Part shown: piece after piece, positions 55,618 through 64,000 of the stretch
How positions within the stretch are numbered: position 1 is the first letter of the stretch
Layout of the letters: the number at the start of each line of letters is the position of its first letter
Assembly (NCBI GenBank): GCA_965209065.1
Contig: OZ242373.1
Location: 320,567 to 384,566, forward strand
Direction: 5' to 3'
Length of the DNA: 64,000 nucleotides
Origin: Alphaproteobacteria bacterium
Lineage (GTDB): Bacteria > Pseudomonadota > Alphaproteobacteria > JAPOUT01 > G958296285
Made by a program: the position numbers and the translations under genes
Notes under the pieces: model-generated
The model's input: the letters and a program-made list of their open reading frames with translations, nothing else
The model's database searches: none
What the model was told of the DNA's origin: nothing

Positions 55618-55872
55618 AGCTCTCCATAGTTCACATAGATTGTTTATAAAGAGGAAAAGAAAGAAGCACAAGAGCTTAAAGCAAAAAATATATGCTTCTT
55701 TGGTTTGTTCTTTAATTAGCCTCTAGTTTCAGGAGTAAGGAATACGTAAAACACATAAAAAATATGTAAATTGCCTTTATCTTGTTTAAACATATAAGCC
55801 CTTAAAAAACCTGCTTGCCTCGCTGGGGGCGATTTGCTATCATTAAGACTCAAACTTGAAATGGAGGCAAAA

Positions 55873-57054
55873 ATGGACCTAGATTTCTCACCCGAGCATC
55901 TCGCTTTCCGTGACGAAGCGAGCTCATTTATAGAGCAAAACTACCCAAAACAGCTACGCGATAAACCTATCCACGAAATGGAGAAAGAGGATTACCTCTC
56001 GTGGCATGGCATCTTGCACAAGCAAGGCTGGGCGGCGCCCGGCTGGCCAGAGGAATATGGCGGAACAGGCTGGGACATCACCAAGCGATACATCTGGGGA
56101 CAAGAAACCGGCAAAGCGGGCACGATTCGCATTTTGCCTTTCGGCGTGAATATGGTCGGGCCGGTGATTTACACTTTCGGCTCTGACGAGCAGAAACAAA
56201 ACTTTCTGCCTAAAATTCTATCGGGCGAGCACTGGTGGTGTCAGGGTTATTCCGAGCCGGGCTCTGGCTCTGACCTCGCGAGCCTGCGCACCAAAGCAGA
56301 GCGCGATGGCGATGATTACATTGTCAATGGGCATAAAATGTGGACGACACTCGCGCAGCATGCGGATATGATGTTCTGCCTCGTGCGCACCGACCCGAAA
56401 GCGGACAAGCAGCAGCAGGGCATTTCTTTCTTGCTGATTGATATGAAAACGCCGGGCATTACCGTTCGCCCTATCATCACGGTTGATGGCACGCACGAAG
56501 TCAATGAGGTTTTCCTAGAGAATGTGCGTGTGCCTATCAAAAATAGGGTTGGCGAAGAAAATCAAGGTTGGACTTACGCTAAGTTTCTGCTCGCGCATGA
56601 GCGTTCGGGTATTGCGGGAGTTTCTGACTCTAAGCGCAACATCGGTCGCGTGAAAGAGATTGCGCGCGCGGTGGCGGTCAATGGCGGCACCCTGATTGAT
56701 GACAGCGCCTTCCAGCGCAAAATTGCCGAGCTTGAAATTGAGCTCTCCGCGCTTGAATATACCGAGCTGCGCACGCTTGCCGGTGAAAGCTCTGGGAAGG
56801 GACCGGGTCCTGAGTCCTCTATTCTCAAAATTCGCGGCACGGAGATACAGCAACGCATTACCGAGCTTGTCTTAGAGGCTGTCGGTAGCTATATTCACGT
56901 GCCGAACGGCGCGAATAAGCACAACATACCGGGCATTCCGTCATTTGCTGCGGGAGCTGCTGATGCTTACTTCAATTATCGTAAGGCCTCTATTTACGGC
57001 GGCTCGAATGAAATCCAACGTAATATTATCGCTAAGATGGTATTAGGGCTATAA
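55873..57054 (+). CDS. acyl-CoA dehydrogenase (catalytic subunit)
   Basis: ACAD N, middle and C domains. The catalytic Glu context GGSNEIQRNIIA is present. Start at MDLDFSPEHLAF after a GGAGG RBS. Confidence 0.85.
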   Translation: MDLDFSPEHLAFRDEASSFIEQNYPKQLRDKPIHEMEKEDYLSWHGILHKQGWAAPGWPEEYGGTGWDITKRYIWGQETGKAGTIRILPFGVNMVGPVIYTFGSDEQKQNFLPKILSGEHWWCQGYSEPGSGSDLASLRTKAERDGDDYIVNGHKMWTTLAQHADMMFCLVRTDPKADKQQQGISFLLIDMKTPGITVRPIITVDGTHEVNEVFLENVRVPIKNRVGEENQGWTYAKFLLAHERSGIAGVSDSKRNIGRVKEIARAVAVNGGTLIDDSAFQRKIAELEIELSALEYTELRTLAGESSGKGPGPESSILKIRGTEIQQRITELVLEAVGSYIHVPNGANKHNIPGIPSFAAGAADAYFNYRKASIYGGSNEIQRNIIAKMVLGL

Positions 57055-57075
57055 CAATAAAAACAGGGAGGACAA

Positions 57076-58179
57076 ATGGACTTTTCGTTCACTGAAGAGC
57101 AAAATCTTCTGCGCAATTCTCTGCAAGGTCTCTTGCAGAACGAGTATGACTTCGAGACGCACCGCAAGACCAGCAAAGAAGAGGGTTGGCGCAGGGCTAT
57201 CTGGGATAAATTTTCCGAGTTGGGTTTGCTGGCTATTCCTTTTGCTGAGGAGTATGGTGGCTTCGGCGAGGAGAGCAGCATAGAAACTTTGGTTGTGATG
57301 GAAGAATTCGGTCGCTTCTTGGTGACCGAGCCTTATTTATCGACGATTATTTTATCGGGCAATGTGCTAAAAGGCGCTACGGCTGATGTCCAAAAGAAAT
57401 ACCTGCCCGACATCACCACCGGCAAGAAGATATGGGCGCTGGCGGCTTTAGAGCCGCAAGGGCGTTATTATCTCAATCAGGTTAAGACGAAAGCGGAAGG
57501 CAACCGCTTAACAGGTCATAAGTCGGGCGTTTTGGGTGGCGCGTGGGCTGATTATTTCATTGTGTCGGCGCGTCATAGCGGCGCGGCTGGCGATAGCGCG
57601 GGCATCGGGCTTTATATTGTGGATAAAAGCAGCTCTGGGGTTGAGGTTCACGATTATCCTTCGGTTGATGGCTCGCGTGTGGCGGAGCTTGTGCTGGATG
57701 GCGTTGAGGCTGAGCCGCTCACGCAGGAGGGGTTTGCGCTTCTCACGAGGGCGGTTGATTACGGCGTGGCTGCTTTATGCGCCGAGGCTTGCGGCGCGAT
57801 GAAGGAGCTTCATCTTGCGACATTAGAGTATTGTCAAACGCGCAAGCAGTTCGGTGTGCCGATAGGTTCTTTTCAGGCGTTGCAACATCGTATGGTGGAT
57901 ATATTCATTGCTTACGAGCAGGCGGTTTCTATGAGCTATATGGTTCATCTCCATTTAGGCGCAGATGACAAGGAGCGCGCGAAGGCGGCGTCTGCGGCGA
58001 AGGCTCAGATTGGCAATTCGAGTCGTTTTGTCGGACAGAGCGCGGTTCAGCTTCACGGCGGCATGGGTGTTACTGATGAGCTTAATGTCGGGCATTTTTT
58101 CAAACGCTTAACGGTGATTGATAATTTATTTGGCGGTGTGGATTATCACACGCAACGTTATACACAGCTTACAATTTAA
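57076..58179 (+). CDS. acyl-CoA dehydrogenase-like protein lacking the canonical catalytic glutamate (probable non-catalytic partner subunit)
   Basis: ACAD fold throughout, but the C-terminal EGTSEIQ-type motif is replaced by GGVDYHTQR. Confidence 0.75.
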   Translation: MDFSFTEEQNLLRNSLQGLLQNEYDFETHRKTSKEEGWRRAIWDKFSELGLLAIPFAEEYGGFGEESSIETLVVMEEFGRFLVTEPYLSTIILSGNVLKGATADVQKKYLPDITTGKKIWALAALEPQGRYYLNQVKTKAEGNRLTGHKSGVLGGAWADYFIVSARHSGAAGDSAGIGLYIVDKSSSGVEVHDYPSVDGSRVAELVLDGVEAEPLTQEGFALLTRAVDYGVAALCAEACGAMKELHLATLEYCQTRKQFGVPIGSFQALQHRMVDIFIAYEQAVSMSYMVHLHLGADDKERAKAASAAKAQIGNSSRFVGQSAVQLHGGMGVTDELNVGHFFKRLTVIDNLFGGVDYHTQRYTQLTI

Positions 58180-58200
58180 CTAAATCCACAGGAGGAAAAA

Positions 58201-58485
58201 ATGGCAATTGGTATTATAGCAACCTTAAAGGTTCAAGCAGACAAGGCAAGCGAAGCGGAGGAAGTCTTTCGGTCGCTACAAGAGCAAGTGACAAAAAACG
58301 AAGACGGCAATTTATTCTATAGCTTCTTCAAGGCGGCGGAAGGGGAGTATGTTGTTTTAGAAAGTTATAAAGATGAGGCAGCGCTTGCCGCGCATGGTTC
58401 AACCGATTACTTTAAGGCGGCGGGCAAAAAGATGGCGGGCTTTATGGCAGGACCTCCCGACATTAAAAGAATGCCTAGCATCTAG
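58201..58485 (+). CDS. ABM-domain (antibiotic biosynthesis monooxygenase-like) protein
   Basis: 94 aa with the ferredoxin-like ABM pattern. Confidence 0.6.
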   Translation: MAIGIIATLKVQADKASEAEEVFRSLQEQVTKNEDGNLFYSFFKAAEGEYVVLESYKDEAALAAHGSTDYFKAAGKKMAGFMAGPPDIKRMPSI

Positions 58486-58518
58486 ACGCTCGCGTCTAAA
58501 TGCCGAGCATTTAGAGAT

Positions 58519-59391
58519 TTATTTCTTTACTTTTTTAGGAATAGGCACGAGAGCATAAGTGCTTTTAATATGCTCTTGGTAGTTTGCGCGCCGTGCGAGA
58601 CCGCGCCTATTCATTAAAGGCACGGATACAAAAACAAAAAGCGCAGTCATTACAAATGGGCTTGCCAACAGGTAGGAATTGCCGCTTGCCGCAAGACCGA
58701 AGAAACATAGCCCCCACCAAAAACCGACTTCACCTAAATAATTAGGATGGCGCATATATTTCCATAAACCTGATTTCAATATTTCCCCATCTTTGTCTTG
58801 ATTGCCTTTTTTTATTTTAAGAAAGGTGCGCAACTGATTATCGGCGGTTGCTTGTAGCAGAATAGCACCGCCAGTGATAATCAAGGCTAAAGCGTCTAGC
58901 AGATTAAGGGGAGCATCGCTATTGATTACCGCGAACACAGGTAAAAGCCCGACGAAAACAATCAAGGTCGGCAAAAGCTGAATGGCAAAAAAATTAGCGA
59001 GAGGGTAAGCTCTTTTCGTTTTCGCTTGAATATCAAGGTAGCGCCAATCGACATCGCTAAGCCCGCGCCAGCGCAACGCCCAGTTGGTGGTTAAGCGCGT
59101 TCCCCAAATAAAGAGAAAGCCCAAAACAAATAACCCGCGCAGATGAATATCCTCCGCGAGCCAGTAAAGCGCGATAAAAAAAGGCGCAACCGACCAATAG
59201 GGGTCATACAGGCTTGCGTTGCGGTAAATGAGGCTTGCCACAAAAATAATAAAGGTCGCGATAATATCCGCCGCCAAAGCCAGCGCGAGAGGGTTCTTCG
59301 GCAAATAATCAGCGAGAAAAAAAACAGAAGCCACCGCGCCTAGCAGAGCGAGCAGATAAACAAAAAAAATGTGCTTCAAGTCAGCGTGCAT
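58519..59391 (-). CDS. DUF1295 / steroid 5-alpha-reductase-like integral membrane protein
   Basis: Polytopic. The C-terminal YMRHPNYLGEVGFWWG is typical of the 3-oxo-5-alpha-steroid 4-dehydrogenase / ICMT-like superfamily. Confidence 0.6.
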   Translation of the reverse strand: MHADLKHIFFVYLLALLGAVASVFFLADYLPKNPLALALAADIIATFIIFVASLIYRNASLYDPYWSVAPFFIALYWLAEDIHLRGLFVLGFLFIWGTRLTTNWALRWRGLSDVDWRYLDIQAKTKRAYPLANFFAIQLLPTLIVFVGLLPVFAVINSDAPLNLLDALALIITGGAILLQATADNQLRTFLKIKKGNQDKDGEILKSGLWKYMRHPNYLGEVGFWWGLCFFGLAASGNSYLLASPFVMTALFVFVSVPLMNRRGLARRANYQEHIKSTYALVPIPKKVKK

Positions 59392-60321
59392 CTAAAGCCA
59401 GTCGGACAGCACTTTATCTATTGCGGCGGCAAACTCTAGAGGCTTATCCAACATAATGTGATGATGGGCATCGTCAATAGTAATTGTGGGGAAATCTGTT
59501 TTAGACCGCTCTTTAAGATATTCAACAACATTTAGCTCAACAAGATGGCTGTGCGCGCCGTGGATAATAGCTTTCGGCGTGTCAAGGGCGGAGAAGACGT
59601 TGCTATTTTCAATCCACCAGAAGCGTTCTTTTTCATCGCGCTCCATAATCATTGGGTCAAACTTCCACGTCCAGCCTTCATCAAGCTGCTTGACGGAATG
59701 TTTCGCCATATACTCAAACAGGAAGGGGCAAGCAACCGGCTGGGGCGGAGATAAAACATAACGCGAATAAATCGTCTCCCAATCGGGATAGACTCTGCGC
59801 TTATTGGAGGGGGAGGGTCTTTGCATTCGGTCGGACGACAGCCACGCCTCAACGTTTTGTGGTTGCAACATAAAGACATCGCAAGCAAGCAGCCCACGCG
59901 CAACGTCAGGGTTGTGTGCGGTGAAATGAGTATAAATTCCGCCGCCAAAACTATGCCCGACCAAAAAAGGCTTTTGTTGTAAATTGAGCTTGTCTATAAA
60001 GCCGCCAACTTCTTTAATGCGCGCGGCAAGTTTATAATCGGGGGCTTCGCCGCTATCGCCCATACCGCTTAGGTCAAAAGCGATGAGATGATATTTCTCA
60101 GCCAACAAGGGAGCGACAAAAGCCCAACAGCGTCTGTGCGATAAAAATCCGTGAAGCAAAAGCACCGGGGGGTTGGCTTTATCGCCCCACTCAAAATAAC
60201 GGATAGGCACGCCATCAACATCCACCGACAGGTCCTTACGCGGCACGGACATCGCACGTTCAAACCATTCGGGCAGGTTGTCGCCGATGCCGTCAATTTC
60301 GCCTGCAGGAATTGCCATCAA
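59392..60321 (-). CDS. alpha/beta hydrolase
   Basis: GHSFGG nucleophile elbow (GxSxG), 309 aa. Confidence 0.7.
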   Translation of the reverse strand: MMAIPAGEIDGIGDNLPEWFERAMSVPRKDLSVDVDGVPIRYFEWGDKANPPVLLLHGFLSHRRCWAFVAPLLAEKYHLIAFDLSGMGDSGEAPDYKLAARIKEVGGFIDKLNLQQKPFLVGHSFGGGIYTHFTAHNPDVARGLLACDVFMLQPQNVEAWLSSDRMQRPSPSNKRRVYPDWETIYSRYVLSPPQPVACPFLFEYMAKHSVKQLDEGWTWKFDPMIMERDEKERFWWIENSNVFSALDTPKAIIHGAHSHLVELNVVEYLKERSKTDFPTITIDDAHHHIMLDKPLEFAAAIDKVLSDWL

Positions 60322-60324
60322 ACT

Positions 60325-61230
60325 TTATTTTTTAGTCGCAAGGGAAATCATTTTAGCGCTTTGCTCGCCGCCCATATTGTAAGGCTCGGCTTTCGACATA
60401 TCGCTAATTTTATCCCAGTTTTCCTCAACGGCTTCGGCAGTGAGGTCGTTGCCGGTGCCGACAAAATAGCCTGCACCTTCCTCTACCTGCGCGACCGCGA
60501 AAGCCCCCGCGCCGGCAGATAGAATTTTGCCGGTCGGCGCGTCCTCGCTCACCAAATAGATAACCCCTGGCGTAACAAAATTGGGTTGAAGCATCTCCTC
60601 AGCTTGCGGCGGCATCAGCTCGGCGGTCATGCGCGTCCATGCCACAGGGGCAAGCGCGTTAATGCGAATGTTATCTTTTTGACCCTCGAGCTTCAAGGTA
60701 TTCATAAAGCCGACAACTGCCAATTTCGCCGCGCCGTAATTGGTCTGCCCGAAATTGCCAAAAAGCCCCGACGAAGATGAAGTCACCATAATCCGTCCGT
60801 ATTTTTGCTCGCGCATTATCGGCCAAACCGCTTTGGTCGGCTTGATGGTGCCCATCAAGTGAATGCCAACGACAAATTCAAAATCAGATATTTCCATTTT
60901 AGTGAAACTCTTATCGCGCAACACGCCGGCATTATTGACGAGAACATCAATCCTGCCCCATTTATCCATCGTGTCTTTGACCATATTAGCAACGCCGGCA
61001 TCATCGGTAACGCTAGAGCCGTTGGCGATGGCTTCGCCGCCGGCGGCTGTTATTTCCGCGACCACTTTATCTGCCATTTCGCTAGAGCCGCCGCTGCCAT
61101 CAGCCGAGCCGCCCAAGTCATTGACGACAACTTTCGCACCGCGCCGCGCTAACTCTAACGCATGGCAACGACCCAAACCGCCGCCCGCGCCTGTTACAAT
61201 GGCTACTTTGTCCGTAAAATCAATAGACAT
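60325..61230 (-). CDS. SDR oxidoreductase, MFE-2-type (3-hydroxyacyl-CoA dehydrogenase-like)
   Basis: FTDKVAIVTGAGGGLGRCHALELARRGAKVVVNDLGG resembles the N-terminal dehydrogenase of peroxisomal multifunctional enzyme type 2. Start at MSIDF. Confidence 0.7.
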   Translation of the reverse strand: MSIDFTDKVAIVTGAGGGLGRCHALELARRGAKVVVNDLGGSADGSGGSSEMADKVVAEITAAGGEAIANGSSVTDDAGVANMVKDTMDKWGRIDVLVNNAGVLRDKSFTKMEISDFEFVVGIHLMGTIKPTKAVWPIMREQKYGRIMVTSSSSGLFGNFGQTNYGAAKLAVVGFMNTLKLEGQKDNIRINALAPVAWTRMTAELMPPQAEEMLQPNFVTPGVIYLVSEDAPTGKILSAGAGAFAVAQVEEGAGYFVGTGNDLTAEAVEENWDKISDMSKAEPYNMGGEQSAKMISLATKK

Positions 61231-61315
61231 CTTGTGAAACCTCCCGTATAATAAATTTGCTTGAGAGAAGTATAACACTTCAACTTGAGGAGTCAAGATT
61301 TAAGAGGAGAGAAAT

Positions 61316-61927
61316 ATGAAGCTTTACAACACAAAGGGAGCACCGAACCCGCGCCGCGTTTTAATCTATCTTGCGGAGAAGGGACTCACCGACACAATTG
61401 AGTTAGAGGAAATTTCTATTATGAAGGGGGAGCATAAGCAACCTGCTTACAGGGAGAAGAGTCCTTTGGGGCAAACGCCTTGTCTTGTGCTAGATGACGG
61501 GACGAGCATGACGGAATCGATTGCTATTTGTCGTTATTTAGAAGCGCTTCATCATGAGCCGCCTCTGTTCGGCACCAAGCCCAAGCAGATTGCCCTGATA
61601 GATATGTGGAGCAGGCGCTTTGAGCTCAGTTTGTTTATTGCTGTGGCGATGCATTTTCGACACACCCACCCGGCGATGGCAGAGCTAGAGCAGCAAAACA
61701 AAGAGTGGGGTTTGCTCAATAAGGAGCGCGGTATTAAAATGATGAAGTTTGTCGATAGGTCTTTGGCGGGCAAGGAGTTTATCGCCGGAGATTATTCTTT
61801 CGCGGATATTGTGGGGCTCACGACCTTAGATTTCGCGACAGCCACGGGAATTCCTATTCCTGATGAGCTAGAAAATCTGTCTGCCTATCACCAGAGGCTT
61901 CTAGCGCGTCCTTCTGCAAAAGTTTAG
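61316..61927 (+). CDS. glutathione S-transferase
   Basis: Thioredoxin-like N-domain (MKLYNTKGAPNPRRVLIYLAEKG...SPLGQTPCLVLDDG) plus a helical C-domain. Confidence 0.8.
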   Translation: MKLYNTKGAPNPRRVLIYLAEKGLTDTIELEEISIMKGEHKQPAYREKSPLGQTPCLVLDDGTSMTESIAICRYLEALHHEPPLFGTKPKQIALIDMWSRRFELSLFIAVAMHFRHTHPAMAELEQQNKEWGLLNKERGIKMMKFVDRSLAGKEFIAGDYSFADIVGLTTLDFATATGIPIPDELENLSAYHQRLLARPSAKV

Positions 61928-61945
61928 CTGTGCTATGATGAGAGA

Positions 61946-62569
61946 ATGTTGCGATTCTTATTTCTAGCATTATGTTTATTCGTTAGCGGCACGGCCGTTA
62001 GCGGCGCAGCCGTTGGAGCGGATAGGGGAGATATTTATAAACAGATAAAGTCTCTGCAGTTGGAGTTTCTTTTGCCGTTAGAGCAAACTTTTTTTGTCGA
62101 GCTCACGGGTTTAGCAGAGGACAGCTTCAATGACGATGAGGGTGCGCATCAGTTCGGTTATGGCGGCAGCTTGGCTTTGAGCTGGGTAGCCTATTCCGAC
62201 ACTTTTGGTTTGCGTCCTGCTTTAGATATATCGGGAGCTTATTCCACACGGAGCGACATAAATGTTATCAGCGCTAAAGGGTTGGCTTTGCTTTATTTAG
62301 ATTTTGGTTATCTGCAGTTTAATCCTTTTATCGGCGCGGGTGGCGGCTATAGCTATGTCTTTGACGATGCCGATGGCGATAAAGACAATGGCGGCGGTTT
62401 TATTGTCGTGGGAGACGCCGGCGTGAGTTTCGCCGCAAGTAGATTTTTGGGGCTGACGATAGGCTATCGCTATATTTACGGCATAACAGACGTGAAGCTA
62501 GACACAAGAGTCGGTGACTTGAAGCTCACCACGCACCAAGCGCGCATTGGAATTAGGATGCGGTTTTAA
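61946..62569 (+). CDS. small outer-membrane beta-barrel protein (OmpW/OmpA-like)
   Basis: Signal peptide, alternating amphipathic strands, and a C-terminal ...RIGIRMRF terminal Phe. Confidence 0.55.
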   Translation: MLRFLFLALCLFVSGTAVSGAAVGADRGDIYKQIKSLQLEFLLPLEQTFFVELTGLAEDSFNDDEGAHQFGYGGSLALSWVAYSDTFGLRPALDISGAYSTRSDINVISAKGLALLYLDFGYLQFNPFIGAGGGYSYVFDDADGDKDNGGGFIVVGDAGVSFAASRFLGLTIGYRYIYGITDVKLDTRVGDLKLTTHQARIGIRMRF

Positions 62570-62571
62570 TC

Positions 62572-62647
62572 TGGTGGGCGGTGCTGGGCTTGAACCAGCG
62601 ACCTCAGCGATGTGAACACTGCGCTCTACCAACTGAGCTAACCGCCC
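62572..62647 (-). tRNA. tRNA-Val (anticodon CAC), CCA encoded
   Basis: The reverse complement folds by hand as GGGCGGT-TA-GCTC-AGTTGGTA-GAGC-G-CAGTG-TTCACAT-CGCTG-AGGTC-GCTGG-TTCAAGC-CCAGC-ACCGCCC-A-CCA. Anticodon loop tTCACat. Confidence 0.85.
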
Positions 62648-62662
62648 CCACTTCATTTAACC

Positions 62663-63334
62663 TTAAACGGGTAAGGATAATTTCTCAAGGGCTAGAGGAA
62701 GCTCGCGCCAATGGTCGATAAGAATATCGGCGCCCAGCTCCTCAATCGGCTCAAGAGAATAGCCAAAACGAACTGCAATAACAGGTATGCCACAATTATG
62801 AGCAAAATCAATATCGGTTTTGCTGTCGCCAATCATAATCATTTGGCGCGAGGTGGCGTTCATCGCGCGCGTGATGGTGTCGAGCGTTTCCTTTTCGGGC
62901 TTAGCGGGCATGCCATCGCGTCTGCCGCGGATATGCTTGAAAAACCGCGTGAGGTTAAAGCCCTCCAGCACCTTCTCGGCAGGAAACTGACGCTTGTTCG
63001 TGCACACACTCATCGGCACGTCCGCCTTGAACAGCATCTCAAGCACAGACACCACTTCGGGGTAGGGCTTGGAAAGCTTCGTGCAATTCTCAAGATAGCC
63101 CTCAAGAAAATCAGCTTCAATCTCTGCCAAAAGGGTGTCGCTAATCTCTATGCCCTTCGCCTCAAAGCCACGCTGGATAAGATTAATCGCGCCACCACCA
63201 ATAAAATCGCGCAAGTTTTCGTGAGGAATATCCGCGCCACGCGCGGTCATCACCCGCTGTAGCTGCGCGAGCAAGTCAGGCGCAGTATCAACTAAGGTGC
63301 CATCAAGGTCAAAAATAAGCACTTTATCTTTCAT
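62663..63334 (-). CDS. HAD-superfamily hydrolase (phosphoglycolate phosphatase-like)
   Basis: N-terminal DLDGTLVD motif I and IGDSKTD motif IV. Confidence 0.8.
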   Translation of the reverse strand: MKDKVLIFDLDGTLVDTAPDLLAQLQRVMTARGADIPHENLRDFIGGGAINLIQRGFEAKGIEISDTLLAEIEADFLEGYLENCTKLSKPYPEVVSVLEMLFKADVPMSVCTNKRQFPAEKVLEGFNLTRFFKHIRGRRDGMPAKPEKETLDTITRAMNATSRQMIMIGDSKTDIDFAHNCGIPVIAVRFGYSLEPIEELGADILIDHWRELPLALEKLSLPV

Positions 63335-63379
63335 ATTAACGATTTAGAAACCATATATTGGATAGAATCAATTCCAAGA

Positions 63380-64000
63380 TGAGAATATTATGTTGAAAAC
63401 ATTTTTTTCTATTATATCAGTAGTTTTTCTAGTTTGGGTTGGGATTGTTTATATTCTACCACAAACCGATACCGCGCGGCGCATTCATTTTGGCATTGAA
63501 AACCGATTAAGCAAGCAGCTCGGCGGCGAGGTTAAAATTGAAAATATTACTTTTGGGCTTTTTTATGTGAAAGCGGAAAACCTGCGCCTCAACAAAGAGG
63601 GCAGAGATGTTTTGACTATCCCCTATGCCAAAGCCCTGCTGAATCTGTCGGCGCTGTTTAGCAGGAGAATTCACTGGTTTGAGATTGTGGTAAATAAACC
63701 GCAGCTTAATTTGGTTGGGGTTGCTGCTTGGGAGAAGAGAGACGGCTTGCTTGCATCGGGTCGGTTTTTGGCGCCCCTGCTTGGGTTTCACTTGGTTCAA
63801 GTGCGCGCGGGTGCGGTGCGTTATAACCTAGAAACATGGGAGAACATCAACGGCTCTATTGCCGCGGGGAAATCGAAGCCGATAGAAGCCGAGTTGAGTT
63901 TCTGGTTTAGGCAAAAAAAATATAAGAGTCAGGTGTCTTTGGCGGCGCTGGATAGCAATAAGCCGCTTGCGATGGCGCTCAAGGTGCGTGAGGAAGGCGA
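63380..64000 (+). CDS. AsmA/TamB-like family protein, N-terminal part (runs off the window)
   Basis: ATG at 63380, N-terminal TM anchor (FFSIISVVFLVWVGIVYIL), and an open frame to the end of the window. The family call is tentative. Confidence 0.45.

Overview
This 64 kb window is a chromosomal segment of an alphaproteobacterium (about 50-55% GC). The assignment rests on the gene order: purM-DUF2066-CDP-OH transferase-AI-2E-hda, yfgM-bamB-der, cvpA-purF, rne<>amiC-mrcA-prfB, NDUFA12-mlaD-DUF2155, and bactofilin-M23. Most of the window is densely packed housekeeping genes: pepA', ndk, purM, rnd, aspS, guaB/guaA, der, purF, radA, mlaFE, alr, dnaB, rpsF-rpsR-rplI, fabD-fabG, suhB-efp, aat, rne, amiC, mrcA, prfB (with its programmed +1 frameshift), tyrS and dusA. 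There is one tRNA-Val(CAC), no rRNA, no CRISPR array, and no recognisable transposase or integrase.

Three regions look accessory:
- **8.75-10.16 kb:** an AT-rich islet between aspS and guaB carrying three small paralogous multi-TM proteins.
- **28.6-32.1 kb:** directly after fabD-fabG, where acpP-fabF would be expected, sits a MotB-like protein with a long coiled-coil linker and a MotA/ExbB-like channel subunit. An amino-methyltransferase fused to an HNH nuclease is divergently adjacent. This stator-like plus nuclease arrangement resembles Zorya-type defence systems but does not fit any described type. It is the best candidate for an undescribed system.
- **53.5-55.8 kb:** an AT-rich Type II R-M islet (SPPY methyltransferase plus a putative endonuclease).

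Smaller points are unusual low-complexity repeat extensions on S18, L9, S6 and RNase E, a triplicated 24-bp gene terminus, a recurring TTTCCCCTATG intergenic motif, homopolymeric tracts, and a probable heteromeric acyl-CoA dehydrogenase lipid-catabolism cluster.
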